Below the pieces are notes generated by a model. The model did no database searches, had not been told where the DNA came from, and was given only the letters and a program-made list of their open reading frames with translations. A program made the translations under genes and the position numbers. Of a stretch of DNA of 64,000 nt, positions 49,847-59,564 are shown piece by piece; the stretch's first letter is position 1, and each line of letters starts with the position of its first letter. Source of the DNA: Flavobacteriaceae bacterium. GTDB lineage: Bacteria; Bacteroidota; Bacteroidia; Flavobacteriales; Flavobacteriaceae. Location: the NCBI GenBank assembly GCA_047614245.1, contig JBLHIC010000001.1, positions 33,784-97,783 on the forward strand, given 5' to 3'.

Positions 49847-51166
49847 TTATTGGTAAGCGTCCTTAATGAACTTTTCATAGGAAATCTCCTTAGTCTTCAA
49901 CTTTGCATTTTCCTTAAAATACTGAAGCAATTTATTTGTATTTAACTGCTCGCTTAGACGTTTTACTTCATCTTGGTTTCCTAAAACACGTGCCACAATT
50001 CCGTCTATTTCCTCTTCCGAAGGATCTAATTGACCAAACTGCGCCATTTGCCCCTTGATCATTCCCCTACTATGTTCTTTTAGCTCATCGAAAGAAACTT
50101 GAAGATTATTTTCTGCTCGAAGCTTCCCTTCAATTAACTGATAACGCAAACCTTTTTCACTTCTTTCATATTCAGCCTTGGCTTCTTCCTCAGTCATTGG
50201 TGTTTCTCCAGATATTTGAATCCATCGTTGTAGAAACGCATTTGGCAAATCAAACTTAGTATTGTCAATTAATGATTCAACAACATCATTCAAAAGTTTT
50301 TGATCGCTTTGTTGTTCAAATTGCTTTTCAGCATCCTCTTTAATTTTCGCCTTTAATTCTTTTTCCGAAGTTACTACACCTTCACCAAATAGCTTATCGA
50401 AAAGCTCTTGGTTTAAATCTGTCATTTCCCGAGTATTTACTTCTTCTATTTTCAAAGAAACTTCAATGTCCAATCCGTGAGACTCTTCGTGAGCTACTCC
50501 AAGATATTTTTCATTGTCGTGATCATCCTTAAACATACCTTTAGTCTTCAATGCAACAACATCACCAACTTTAGCACCTACTAATGCCAAAAGTTGCTTC
50601 TTTCCTTTTATAACATCAGTACTAAATGTTGCTTTCTTTTCTAAATTCTTTTCTGTAGCATTAAAGGTACCTGTAATCTCGTCTTCCTTTTCAACTACAG
50701 TTTTTGAAGTTAATTTCCCATATTGCTTGCGAATTGTTTTTATCTGATTGTTGAGCATTTTATCGTCTGCCACGATTTTATAATTTGTCACAGACTTGCC
50801 TTTTACGTCTACTTCAAACTTAGGTGAAAGACCCAATTCAAACTCAAATGAAAAATCCTCAGTTTCCCAATTGATCTCAGCTTCATTTTTTGGAAGTGGA
50901 TTTCCAAGGACATCCAGTTTTTCTTCAGTTAAAAAAGCATTCAGACTATCTTGTAATAGTTTATTTACTTCTTCTACTAGAACAGCTTTCCCATATTGCT
51001 TCTGAACCATTCCCATAGGAACATGACCCTTTCTAAAACCGGGTATATTAGCAGTTTTACGATAATTATTAAGTACCGAACTTACTTTCTCTGAATAGTC
51101 TTCCTTCTTTATATCTACTGTAACTAAAGCATTTAAACTATCAACGTCTTTTTTTGTAATATTCAT
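49847..51166 (-). CDS. tig: Trigger factor
   Basis: IPGFRKGHVP signature; upstream of clpP-clpX. Confidence 0.95.
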   Translation of the reverse strand: MNITKKDVDSLNALVTVDIKKEDYSEKVSSVLNNYRKTANIPGFRKGHVPMGMVQKQYGKAVLVEEVNKLLQDSLNAFLTEEKLDVLGNPLPKNEAEINWETEDFSFEFELGLSPKFEVDVKGKSVTNYKIVADDKMLNNQIKTIRKQYGKLTSKTVVEKEDEITGTFNATEKNLEKKATFSTDVIKGKKQLLALVGAKVGDVVALKTKGMFKDDHDNEKYLGVAHEESHGLDIEVSLKIEEVNTREMTDLNQELFDKLFGEGVVTSEKELKAKIKEDAEKQFEQQSDQKLLNDVVESLIDNTKFDLPNAFLQRWIQISGETPMTEEEAKAEYERSEKGLRYQLIEGKLRAENNLQVSFDELKEHSRGMIKGQMAQFGQLDPSEEEIDGIVARVLGNQDEVKRLSEQLNTNKLLQYFKENAKLKTKEISYEKFIKDAYQ

Positions 51167-51258
51167 TTTTCTGAAAAATTTTCAATGTCAAAATTGGGTT
51201 GCAAAAATATGCTTTTTTAGACTACTCAACAAACATTAAGATGCCGTAATTCAGGTAT

Positions 51259-51603
51259 TTATTTGTCTTTTTTGAGAAACGAGTATAACACAGATTGAAG
51301 AAATGAAAGTAACAAGCTAAAGAGCAAAGCCCACCATATATTTCGAACAGCAAAGCCACCTATAAAAAAATCGGCAAATAAAATGATAATTGCATTTATA
51401 AAAAGTAAAAACAACCCTAAGGTCACAATGGTTATTGGCAAGGTTAAAATCACCAAGATAGGTCGCACTACCAACCGCAGTAATGCCAAAAAAACTGCGA
51501 CAATAATTGCCGAGGTGTAACCTGCCACTTCTACCCCTGGCAAAACATAAGCCAAGATTAAAACAGCAACTGCTGTTAGTAACAATCTAAGAATTAGTTT
51601 CAT
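51259..51603 (-). CDS. Holin-superfamily-like membrane protein (YvlD/DUF360-type)
   Basis: VRPILVILTLPITIVTLGLFLLFINA motif; 4 TM segments. Confidence 0.85.
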   Translation of the reverse strand: MKLILRLLLTAVAVLILAYVLPGVEVAGYTSAIIVAVFLALLRLVVRPILVILTLPITIVTLGLFLLFINAIIILFADFFIGGFAVRNIWWALLFSLLLSFLQSVLYSFLKKDK

Positions 51604-51630
51604 TTAATCTATTTTGAATATTAAAGATAT

Positions 51631-51669
51631 AAAAAACCGTCTTCAAGATAACAATGAAGACGGTTTTTT
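51631..51669 (-). terminator. Intrinsic terminator after the fadL-lipase operon
   Basis: AAAAAACCGTCTTCA...TGAAGACGGTTTTTT. Confidence 0.8.
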
Positions 51670-51690
51670 ATATTTATAATAACTAATTAG

Positions 51691-53229
51691 CTATCCACCA
51701 TTGTTGGTAAGAGTAACGGTACCGAAATTACCAATATCCACCTTAGGAATAGTAGCATCATATTTTCTATTGATCACATCAATAATAGCATTTGCTGTAA
51801 AAGCATATCCTCTAGGCGATGGATGAACACCATCTAAAGAAAATGCACCACCTGTTACAAATTGAGATGTTAGAATCCCTCCATCGAAAGGGACTCCCAT
51901 ATCAGCAACTTCAGCTAATGCTGTTTTTGCATCTACATAACCCAAATCATTAGCAGATGCTAAGGCGTTGATTGTAGAATTATAAGCAGCAGCCGCAGTA
52001 GCAACTCGCACTCGTTCCGTTGCTGTTAATATAAATTCATTGCTCACTGGGATAGAAACACCAACAACTCCTAAAGGATTACTTGGATCTGGAGCAGTTC
52101 CAAGAACCGAAGAAGCTGTAAGTAATGTCAAATCCCCAGAATTTTCCTGACGTAATTGTCCTAAAAGACCTGCAGTTTGAGCTGGTAAATTAAAAGGAGG
52201 GCCCTGCAGAATTGCACTAATATCCGTTAAATCATTGTCAGTGATAATAGGGTAATTTTGTCCTGCTGAAAAACTTATCACTCTAGAGGCAGCTTCGTCA
52301 GCAGTAATAACTCCTAGACCGGCAAGACCTGGTAAGACCTGCGTATTATATAATGCAAATTGAGCATTCACAGCACCAGCTGTTGCAGCATCCATTGGGA
52401 TAGCTGGTCCAGGAACTGTAGTGAAATAAGGAATAGATGTCACGTCTGCGATATTAATTAAAACACCTTTCGCTCCACCTCCAGCTAAAGCGCCTACTTG
52501 AGCACTATATGCTGCTCCAAATACGTTTGGATCTGTAATGTCATTTGGACCATAGGTAGTAGGATCTAAATTTCCTGTTTGATCAACTCCAGAACCACCA
52601 GAGGTTGCATAAGCCAAGATATCATTGTTACCAATCCATAGGCTAAAAAAGGTTGCACCAACTGAAGCGGCATCTGCTATCACAGTCGAACTTGAACTCG
52701 TTGCAAACCTTGCATAATATGGGTTAGCAGCACCCGACGCAATTCCTGCCGAATTTCCATAACCAGGAGCATTCAAATGAAAACTTTTAGCTCCAGGAAC
52801 TCCCATGTTGTTATATGGTCCAGCTACACTTGTCGCAACATCTGTTGTGGGAGTACCTTCCAAACGAACCGGCCCTGGATTTCCATTGGCATCAACCGCC
52901 AACACAAATCTATTTGCCGTAATTTGAGCTCCTCCTAGAAGTAAGCCTCCAATATTATCAGCCATTAATGGTTGTGTAAATTCACCCCCACCTGCTAAGG
53001 CAAATTGCTCTGCCATAATATTAGGGTAAGAATTGTTCTGACCCGTAATGTACAATGCCCCATCGGCATATCCTGCTGTTAATGAATTTCCAACCGAAAC
53101 GTATTTAGATAAGTCGGCAGTTCCGCTAGTATAGAACCCAATATCGGTTACTGGATTCTCAAAATCGGCATCGCAGCTTACGAACCCGATAGCTACTACC
53201 CCTATAAATAATTTTGTAATGTTTTTCAT
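51691..53229 (-). CDS. GDSL/SGNH lipolytic lipoprotein
   Basis: FVSC lipobox, GNSLTAG, GNND and FSLDGVHP motifs. Confidence 0.88.
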   Translation of the reverse strand: MKNITKLFIGVVAIGFVSCDADFENPVTDIGFYTSGTADLSKYVSVGNSLTAGYADGALYITGQNNSYPNIMAEQFALAGGGEFTQPLMADNIGGLLLGGAQITANRFVLAVDANGNPGPVRLEGTPTTDVATSVAGPYNNMGVPGAKSFHLNAPGYGNSAGIASGAANPYYARFATSSSSTVIADAASVGATFFSLWIGNNDILAYATSGGSGVDQTGNLDPTTYGPNDITDPNVFGAAYSAQVGALAGGGAKGVLINIADVTSIPYFTTVPGPAIPMDAATAGAVNAQFALYNTQVLPGLAGLGVITADEAASRVISFSAGQNYPIITDNDLTDISAILQGPPFNLPAQTAGLLGQLRQENSGDLTLLTASSVLGTAPDPSNPLGVVGVSIPVSNEFILTATERVRVATAAAAYNSTINALASANDLGYVDAKTALAEVADMGVPFDGGILTSQFVTGGAFSLDGVHPSPRGYAFTANAIIDVINRKYDATIPKVDIGNFGTVTLTNNGG

Positions 53230-53241
53230 TTGTTTATTTTT

Positions 53242-54495
53242 TTACAGTTTGTAAGTAACTCCTAATCCAGGTACAAAGGCATTAGATTTATATTTCCCTC
53301 CAAATGGAACAGATTGACCATTTTCAGTATATGCATCATAAGATGCATCGACCTCTTTAAAGTGTAAGTATAAGAATGATGCATCAATTTCAAAACGTTT
53401 TCCAACGCTAAAAGTCAAACCAGCTGTATACCCATTACTATCGTTACGTGGAGTTTCGGGAGCAAAGTAACCTTCCTGAACAGGAGACTGATCGAAATAA
53501 TAACCGGTTCTTAAAGTAACCTTTTTTGTTGCTTCGTATTGTAATCCAAAACGATATGTTGAAGAGTTCTTATAATTACGAGCGTTAAAAGAATCCGGTA
53601 CATTTGGATCTTCAAAATCAATATCCAGCGACTTATATACATTCCAGAACGTAGTATTAAAATCAAAAGCAAATAGCCATTTATCACAGAACTCATAAGA
53701 TAGTCCAACAGTCATTTCCGCAGGCAAAGGTAAGTCGGCGTCAACTTTCGTTGAACTTGGAAATGGTGTTAATGGTGAATTTGGAACATTCTCGAATGTA
53801 GCATCACCACCTCTAGCCTCCATGATTATTTCGGAACGATAAGTAGCTCCGATTCTCAACTTCTCTGTTGGATTAAACATAGCACTAACGGTCCAACCGG
53901 TGGCACTCACGCCTGAAGCATCAACTGTTACCTCTGAACGATTCCCGTCTAAATCTGAAAGTGTTCTATTCAAATTTCTATTAAATCCTACAGAACCATT
54001 TACAAAAATAAATCCTCCTCCAACACTAAATTTCTCATTAACTTTAAGTGATATGGTGGGTTGAATATAGATAGCTTTTAAATCAATATTATTAACCAAG
54101 TGAGATCCTGCCCAATCGTCTTCGTAGGAAACAGAACTACCAAAAGGAGTATAAACACCCACACCCACAGCTAACCAGTCGGTTGCTTTGTATGAAGCAT
54201 AGAAATAAAGGGGAGTTCCAGTTGGACTATTTGTCACAGCTGCTGCTCCGGTGGCTTCATTTTGATAAGACACATTAGAGAACACCCCACTTACTCCAGC
54301 AGAAATATTCAACTTGTTTTCTAGATAAACTAGTCCTGCCGGGTTGAAAAATATGAGCTCACTGCTGTTTACTACAGCAACTCCCGCATGCCCCATTGCT
54401 AAGGCTTTTTGTCCCTGCAAGGCCACACGGTATCCTCCTGCATAGGTTACTGCTGTGGTTAGAAAAATCACAGCTAGAAGTATTATTTTCTTCAT
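53242..54495 (-). CDS. FadL/OmpP1 family outer-membrane long-chain fatty acid transporter
   Basis: Signal peptide, FFNPAGL hatch motif, beta-barrel body; operon with the lipase. Confidence 0.88.
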   Translation of the reverse strand: MKKIILLAVIFLTTAVTYAGGYRVALQGQKALAMGHAGVAVVNSSELIFFNPAGLVYLENKLNISAGVSGVFSNVSYQNEATGAAAVTNSPTGTPLYFYASYKATDWLAVGVGVYTPFGSSVSYEDDWAGSHLVNNIDLKAIYIQPTISLKVNEKFSVGGGFIFVNGSVGFNRNLNRTLSDLDGNRSEVTVDASGVSATGWTVSAMFNPTEKLRIGATYRSEIIMEARGGDATFENVPNSPLTPFPSSTKVDADLPLPAEMTVGLSYEFCDKWLFAFDFNTTFWNVYKSLDIDFEDPNVPDSFNARNYKNSSTYRFGLQYEATKKVTLRTGYYFDQSPVQEGYFAPETPRNDSNGYTAGLTFSVGKRFEIDASFLYLHFKEVDASYDAYTENGQSVPFGGKYKSNAFVPGLGVTYKL

Positions 54496-54571
54496 AATAA
54501 ATTAAGTTAGATTAAAAGGTTATTTTCTTATGTAATTCGTCAAAATTACACATTATAGTTGATAAATATGC

Positions 54572-54597
54572 AATTTATTATGCATACATAGTAAAAT
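54572..54597. promoter_or_regulatory. Operator similar to the etfBA palindrome
   Basis: AATTTATTATGC-AT-ACATAGTAAAAT next to the -33 region of the fadL promoter (minus-strand -7 TAATTTTG at 54548-54541). Confidence 0.65.
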
Positions 54598-54905
54598 AAC
54601 TGTGTAATATCATAAATAGCTGATTAGATCGCCACGATTATCGAAGATATTTATTTAGCCAGATTTGAATTCTCTAATACATTTTTAGAGAAAAAATCAT
54701 TAATGCCCGATAAATATTTTTAAAAGCGGGATTTCCTTGACATATTTCCCGCCTTAGTTTATCTTGATTTTTACCACAAGATTAGATATATGGACAAAAG
54801 TAATAACTTTAGCAAACCGCCTATTATCAAACAGCTATTAAAGCTAGTTTCTCCCTCTATTATTAGTCGAACAGTAATGAAAAAAGAAAGAGCGCAGATT
54901 TACTG

Positions 54906-55685
54906 CTACACAAACTCCATAATAAGATTATAAAAATCTGTAGGGTTTTCGGCATGAAGCCAATGTCCAGAATTTGAAACAGTTTGAATCTTGGTCATTG
55001 GGAAATATTTTTTTATCAAGGCCTCGTCAGTTTCTATAATGTAACCTGAATTTGATCCTTTTAAAAAGAGGGTCGCTTTGGAAAATCCAGTTCCTTCTGG
55101 CAAGGCCATACCCACCTCTTCGACTTTATCTATTAATGTTTTAAGGTTTATCCGTAATCCTAGTTCTCCTTTTTGAACCCAATAAAGGTTCTTCAATAGA
55201 AATTGACGGATTCCAGCTTCCCTAATATATTTTGAAAGAACTTCTTCGGCCTCATTCCTTGTTCTAATTTCTTGAAAATTTAGTAGAGACAACGCCTTTA
55301 ATATATCTTGATGATGTTGAGGATAAAATTTCGGTCCTATATCCGCTATTATTAATTTACTAACAAGATCAGGATAGGTTACTGCAAACAACATAGCGGC
55401 TTTCCCTCCCATTGAATGCCCCAATAAGATGAATTCGTCAAGTTTGTGATAATCACAATATTTTTTTACATCATCTACAATTAACTGGTAACTAAATGCT
55501 TCACTATGAAAACTACGGCCGTGATTTCTTTGATCTACTAAATGAACTTGGTAACCATTCTCAGCAAACCTATTACCTAAAGATTTCCAATTATCACCAG
55601 ACCCAAGGAACCCATGAAGTATCACCAAAGGGGTTTTGCCGCCAATAATTCGAGAATGTAATATTGGGTTAGGCAAGTCTTTCAA
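54906..55685 (-). CDS. Alpha/beta hydrolase (YbfF-like esterase)
   Basis: HGFLG, DQRNHG, GHSMGG and GHWLHAE motifs. Confidence 0.9.
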   Translation of the reverse strand: MKDLPNPILHSRIIGGKTPLVILHGFLGSGDNWKSLGNRFAENGYQVHLVDQRNHGRSFHSEAFSYQLIVDDVKKYCDYHKLDEFILLGHSMGGKAAMLFAVTYPDLVSKLIIADIGPKFYPQHHQDILKALSLLNFQEIRTRNEAEEVLSKYIREAGIRQFLLKNLYWVQKGELGLRINLKTLIDKVEEVGMALPEGTGFSKATLFLKGSNSGYIIETDEALIKKYFPMTKIQTVSNSGHWLHAENPTDFYNLIMEFV

Positions 55686-56382
55686 GGTATTTTTTAATTA
55701 CAGATTCAAGTCCGTCATATAAAGCCTCCGAAATAAGAGCGTGCCCAATCGAGACTTCTAATAAGCCGGGAATATTTTCCTTAAAAAACTTTATATTGTT
55801 TAATGATAAGTCGTGTCCTGCATTAATCCCGAGCCCCAATGTATTCGCCAAAACGGCACATTCTGTATAAGGTTCAACAGCCTTTTTGTTTCCTAAAGCA
55901 TATTGTTGAGCATATGCTTCTGTATACAATTCAATCCTATCTGTTCCAGTGAGTGCAGCCCCTTCAATCATTTTAAGAGTTGGATCGACAAAAATTGAAG
56001 TGCGTATTCCATTTCGCTTACATTCCGTAATAATCTCTGTTAGATAGTCTTTATGTTTAATTGTATCCCAGCCTGCATTAGAGGTTATCGCATTGATCGC
56101 ATCAGGAACTAATGTAACTTGGTTTGGTTTTAAATCCAAGACTAAATCTAGAAATTTGTCCTTAGGATTTCCTTCAATGTTATATTCGGATAACACAAAT
56201 GATTTAAGATCATAGGCGTCTTTATACCTAATATGTCTTTCATCTGGCCTTGGATGGATAGTAATACCTTGCCCACCGAATTTTTGAATATCAATAGCAA
56301 CTTGCACCAAATTTGGAGTGTTTCCGCCTCTAGCATTACGGATTGTTGCAATTTTATTAATGTTCACACTTAATTTTGTCAT
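55669..56382 (-). CDS. pdxJ: Pyridoxine 5'-phosphate synthase
   Basis: LSVNINKIATIRNAR, HPRPDERH, NAGHDL and EVSIGH motifs. Confidence 0.96.
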   Translation of the reverse strand: MTKLSVNINKIATIRNARGGNTPNLVQVAIDIQKFGGQGITIHPRPDERHIRYKDAYDLKSFVLSEYNIEGNPKDKFLDLVLDLKPNQVTLVPDAINAITSNAGWDTIKHKDYLTEIITECKRNGIRTSIFVDPTLKMIEGAALTGTDRIELYTEAYAQQYALGNKKAVEPYTECAVLANTLGLGINAGHDLSLNNIKFFKENIPGLLEVSIGHALISEALYDGLESVIKKYLERLA

Positions 56383-56468
56383 CGTTTTCCTTTAAAAAGT
56401 ACAAAAATACAAAGCTTCGGCACGGTTTTAAATCTTTATTTTAAGTAATTTGCATTAAAATTGAGATT

Positions 56469-57125
56469 TTGAAAACCCAACAATTAATTATTAATGATAT
56501 TAAGGCTTTTGATATTTTATCTGAAATAAAAGAAATTCAAATTGCATTTAATCAACTTACCTATACTCATATCCCAGTAATAAAAGATGAGGTTTACGTG
56601 GGTTGCATTTCTGAAACTGACGCACATTGTTTTGAAAGCTCTCAACTTTTAAGTGGCTTTCAATATGCCTTAGAACCATTTTTTGTCCGTGAAAACACGA
56701 ACTGGCTAGATATTCTTGAAGCATTTGCTTTAAACCAATGTAATATAATGCCTGTTTTAAATCTGTCTAATAAATACTTGGGATATTATGAATTGAGCGA
56801 CATCATGAATTTGTTTAATGACACACCATTTTTAAATGAAGCGGGGGGTATTATTGTAGTTGAGAAAGGTACAAGAGATTACTCGTTTGGTGAGATTTGC
56901 CAAATCGTTGAGTCCAATGACGCTAAGGTTTTAGGTGTTTTTATTTCAAAAATGGGAACCGAAACAATTCAAATTACTGTAAAAATTGGTCATACAGGCA
57001 TGAATGCAATAGTACAGACTTTTCGAAGATATAATTACGATGTTGTTTCTCATCATGAGGAAGACATATTTATAGATGGCTTAAAACAACGCTCTGATTA
57101 TTTGGATAAATACTTAAATATGTAA
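56469..57125 (+). CDS. CBS domain protein (AcuB-like)
   Basis: HIPV...GCISE and IMPV...GYY CBS pair, ACT-like C-terminus; first gene of the nadK operon. Confidence 0.85.
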   Translation: MKTQQLIINDIKAFDILSEIKEIQIAFNQLTYTHIPVIKDEVYVGCISETDAHCFESSQLLSGFQYALEPFFVRENTNWLDILEAFALNQCNIMPVLNLSNKYLGYYELSDIMNLFNDTPFLNEAGGIIVVEKGTRDYSFGEICQIVESNDAKVLGVFISKMGTETIQITVKIGHTGMNAIVQTFRRYNYDVVSHHEEDIFIDGLKQRSDYLDKYLNM

Positions 57126-57128
57126 GTC

Positions 57129-58013
57129 ATGAAAATAGGTATTTATGGACAATTTTACCACGAGAATTCTGAATCATATATTCAGCTCATACTGAATGCG
57201 CTTCAGAACAAAAAAGTAGAAATTGTTATTGAAAAAAACTTTCTTGGCATCCTTGGCATGCATCAGGATATCTCCTCGAAGTTCTCTGACGTCGCTACTT
57301 TTACTAGGCTGGACCCTTCTTACGACCTTTTTTTTAGCATTGGGGGTGATGGCACTATTCTAAAATCTATAACATATGTGAGAGATTTAGGAATACCCAT
57401 AGTTGGTATTAATACTGGAAGACTAGGATTCTTAGCAACAATTCAGAAAGAAAAAATAACGAAAAGTATAAGTCAAATTTTAGCCAATAAATTTGTCATT
57501 TCCGAAAGAAGCGTGCTTACTATCCAAACCTCTCCATCCAATAATGAAATATCGCCACTAAACTTTGCCCTAAATGAAATCGCAGTAAATCGAAAAAATA
57601 CAACTTCCATGATTAAGGTAGAGACCAAGGTGAATGACAAATATCTCACCTCGTATTGGTCTGACGGTTTGATTGTTGCCACACCAACTGGTTCTACTGG
57701 ATATTCACTTAGCTGCGGCGGACCTATTATAGACCCAAGCACCAACAGTATGGTATTGACTCCTATTGCTCCACATAACTTGAATGCTAGGCCATTGGTT
57801 ATCCCTGATAGTAGCACCGTAACTTTGAAAGTTAGTGGGAGAGAGAAAACATATCTAGTATCGATGGATTCCCGTATAGCGACGTTAAAAAACGAAACCA
57901 CCTTAATTATTAAAAAAGCACCATTCAATATTAAACTTGTACAATTGGAAGGTGACAGTTTTATTAAAACACTTCGAAAAAAGCTTCTATGGGGTGAAGA
58001 CAAACGAAATTAA
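57129..58013 (+). CDS. nadK: NAD kinase
   Basis: GGDGT, GRLGFL, NE and DGLIVATPTGSTGYSLSCGGP motifs. Confidence 0.96.
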   Translation: MKIGIYGQFYHENSESYIQLILNALQNKKVEIVIEKNFLGILGMHQDISSKFSDVATFTRLDPSYDLFFSIGGDGTILKSITYVRDLGIPIVGINTGRLGFLATIQKEKITKSISQILANKFVISERSVLTIQTSPSNNEISPLNFALNEIAVNRKNTTSMIKVETKVNDKYLTSYWSDGLIVATPTGSTGYSLSCGGPIIDPSTNSMVLTPIAPHNLNARPLVIPDSSTVTLKVSGREKTYLVSMDSRIATLKNETTLIIKKAPFNIKLVQLEGDSFIKTLRKKLLWGEDKRN

Positions 58014-58112
58014 ACAATAAATCATCATAATTTTTGTTAATCAACTTAGACAATTTTACTTATCTCATCAATAAGCCAAGTTTATTTTTATCTTTGCAAA
58101 ATTTTAGTGTAT

Positions 58113-58814
58113 ATGAAGCATTTCACAAGCATTGTATTAATTATATTCACCTCTTTTATAGGGCTTTCTCAAACGTATGAAGTCGGCGCTATACTAGGCG
58201 GAGCTAATTTAATTGGAGATGTTGGATCAACGACCTATATATCCCCAAATACGTTGGCTTTTGGAGTAATTGGGAAATGGAATCGAAGTTCAAGACATGC
58301 GTTTCGTTTTTCTATCATTTCCGCCAAAGTGAAAGGAGACGACGCAGACTCACATGAAACTAGAAGAGAAGAAAGAGGATACACTTTTGATAACAATATA
58401 ACAGAAATATCTGCTGGCTTAGAGTATTCTTTTTGGGAGTTCGATACGTATAGTGCTCGTACTGTTTACACACCATATTTATTCACAGGTATTAATTATT
58501 TTTTATACGAGGCTGCATGGATTAGACCTGGCACTGGAGAATTCTTTAAATATAAGGGTGGCAGATCCATTTCAATCCCAATGGTCATAGGCTTCAAGGC
58601 TATGATTGCACCTCAATTTACAATGGGCTTTGAGATAGGTGCTCGTTATACCTTTGTAGATGACATAGACGGAAGTAACACGACCTCCAACAGCGAGGCT
58701 CAGAATAATGAAGATTTTAAATTTGGTAACCTTAATAATAATGACTGGTATGTTTTTACAACTGTATATATAAACTTTACCTTTGGAAGAAAACCTTGTT
58801 ACTGTAATTTCTAA
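58113..58814 (+). CDS. PorG-like (DUF6089) outer-membrane beta-barrel
   Basis: GGAN.IGD, ARYTF.DDIDG, NNDWY and FGRKPCYC; located between nadK and uppS. Confidence 0.8.
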   Translation: MKHFTSIVLIIFTSFIGLSQTYEVGAILGGANLIGDVGSTTYISPNTLAFGVIGKWNRSSRHAFRFSIISAKVKGDDADSHETRREERGYTFDNNITEISAGLEYSFWEFDTYSARTVYTPYLFTGINYFLYEAAWIRPGTGEFFKYKGGRSISIPMVIGFKAMIAPQFTMGFEIGARYTFVDDIDGSNTTSNSEAQNNEDFKFGNLNNNDWYVFTTVYINFTFGRKPCYCNF

Positions 58815-58820
58815 AGAGCG

Positions 58821-59564
58821 ATGGCCCTTCAAAATCAACTAGACAAAATCAAACTCCCCAATCATCTGGCTATAATAATGGACGGCAATGGTCGATGGGC
58901 CAAACAAAAAGGGCTCTTAAGAGCTATTGGCCACGAAAACGGAACTAAATCTGTGAGAACAGTAGTGGAAGCATGTGCTGAATTAAGCATTCCGTTTTTA
59001 ACATTATATGCCTTTTCTACTGAAAACTGGAATCGCCCTAAAAGAGAGGTAGAATTACTCATGAAACTTTTAGTTTCATCTTTAAAAAAGGAGATTAAAA
59101 CTCTTCAAGATAACGATATTAAGCTAATAGCTATTGGCAACCTAGATGCGTTGCCCAAGAAAGTCCACAGGGAACTACAAGAGGTTATGCAAAGCACCAA
59201 GGGCAATACTAATATGACCTTAACATTGGCGTTAAGTTATGGTTCAAGAGAAGAATTAATAAAAACAGTTAAAGAGATTAGCCATAAAGTTAAAAATAAC
59301 CTAATTTCGCGCGATGCTATTGACGAATCGGTTATTAATAATCATCTTTACACGCGAAATTTGCCGGATGTAGATTTGTTGATACGCACCAGCGGTGAAC
59401 AACGTATTAGTAATTTCTTACTTTGGCAACTAGCATACGCCGAATTATATTTTACAGATACACTTTGGCCGGATTTTACAAAGACTCATCTTTTTGAGGC
59501 CTTATTAAATTATCAAAATAGAGAAAGAAGATTTGGAAAAACCAGTGAGCAACTCAAACGATAA
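58821..59564 (+). CDS. uppS: Undecaprenyl diphosphate synthase
   Basis: IMDGNGRWA, YAFSTENW and RTSGEQRISNFLLWQ motifs. Confidence 0.96.
   Translation: MALQNQLDKIKLPNHLAIIMDGNGRWAKQKGLLRAIGHENGTKSVRTVVEACAELSIPFLTLYAFSTENWNRPKREVELLMKLLVSSLKKEIKTLQDNDIKLIAIGNLDALPKKVHRELQEVMQSTKGNTNMTLTLALSYGSREELIKTVKEISHKVKNNLISRDAIDESVINNHLYTRNLPDVDLLIRTSGEQRISNFLLWQLAYAELYFTDTLWPDFTKTHLFEALLNYQNRERRFGKTSEQLKR

Noticed and set aside
51259-51603. Holin-like gene as evidence of a prophage
   Set aside because: No other phage genes; it sits among housekeeping genes next to tig.
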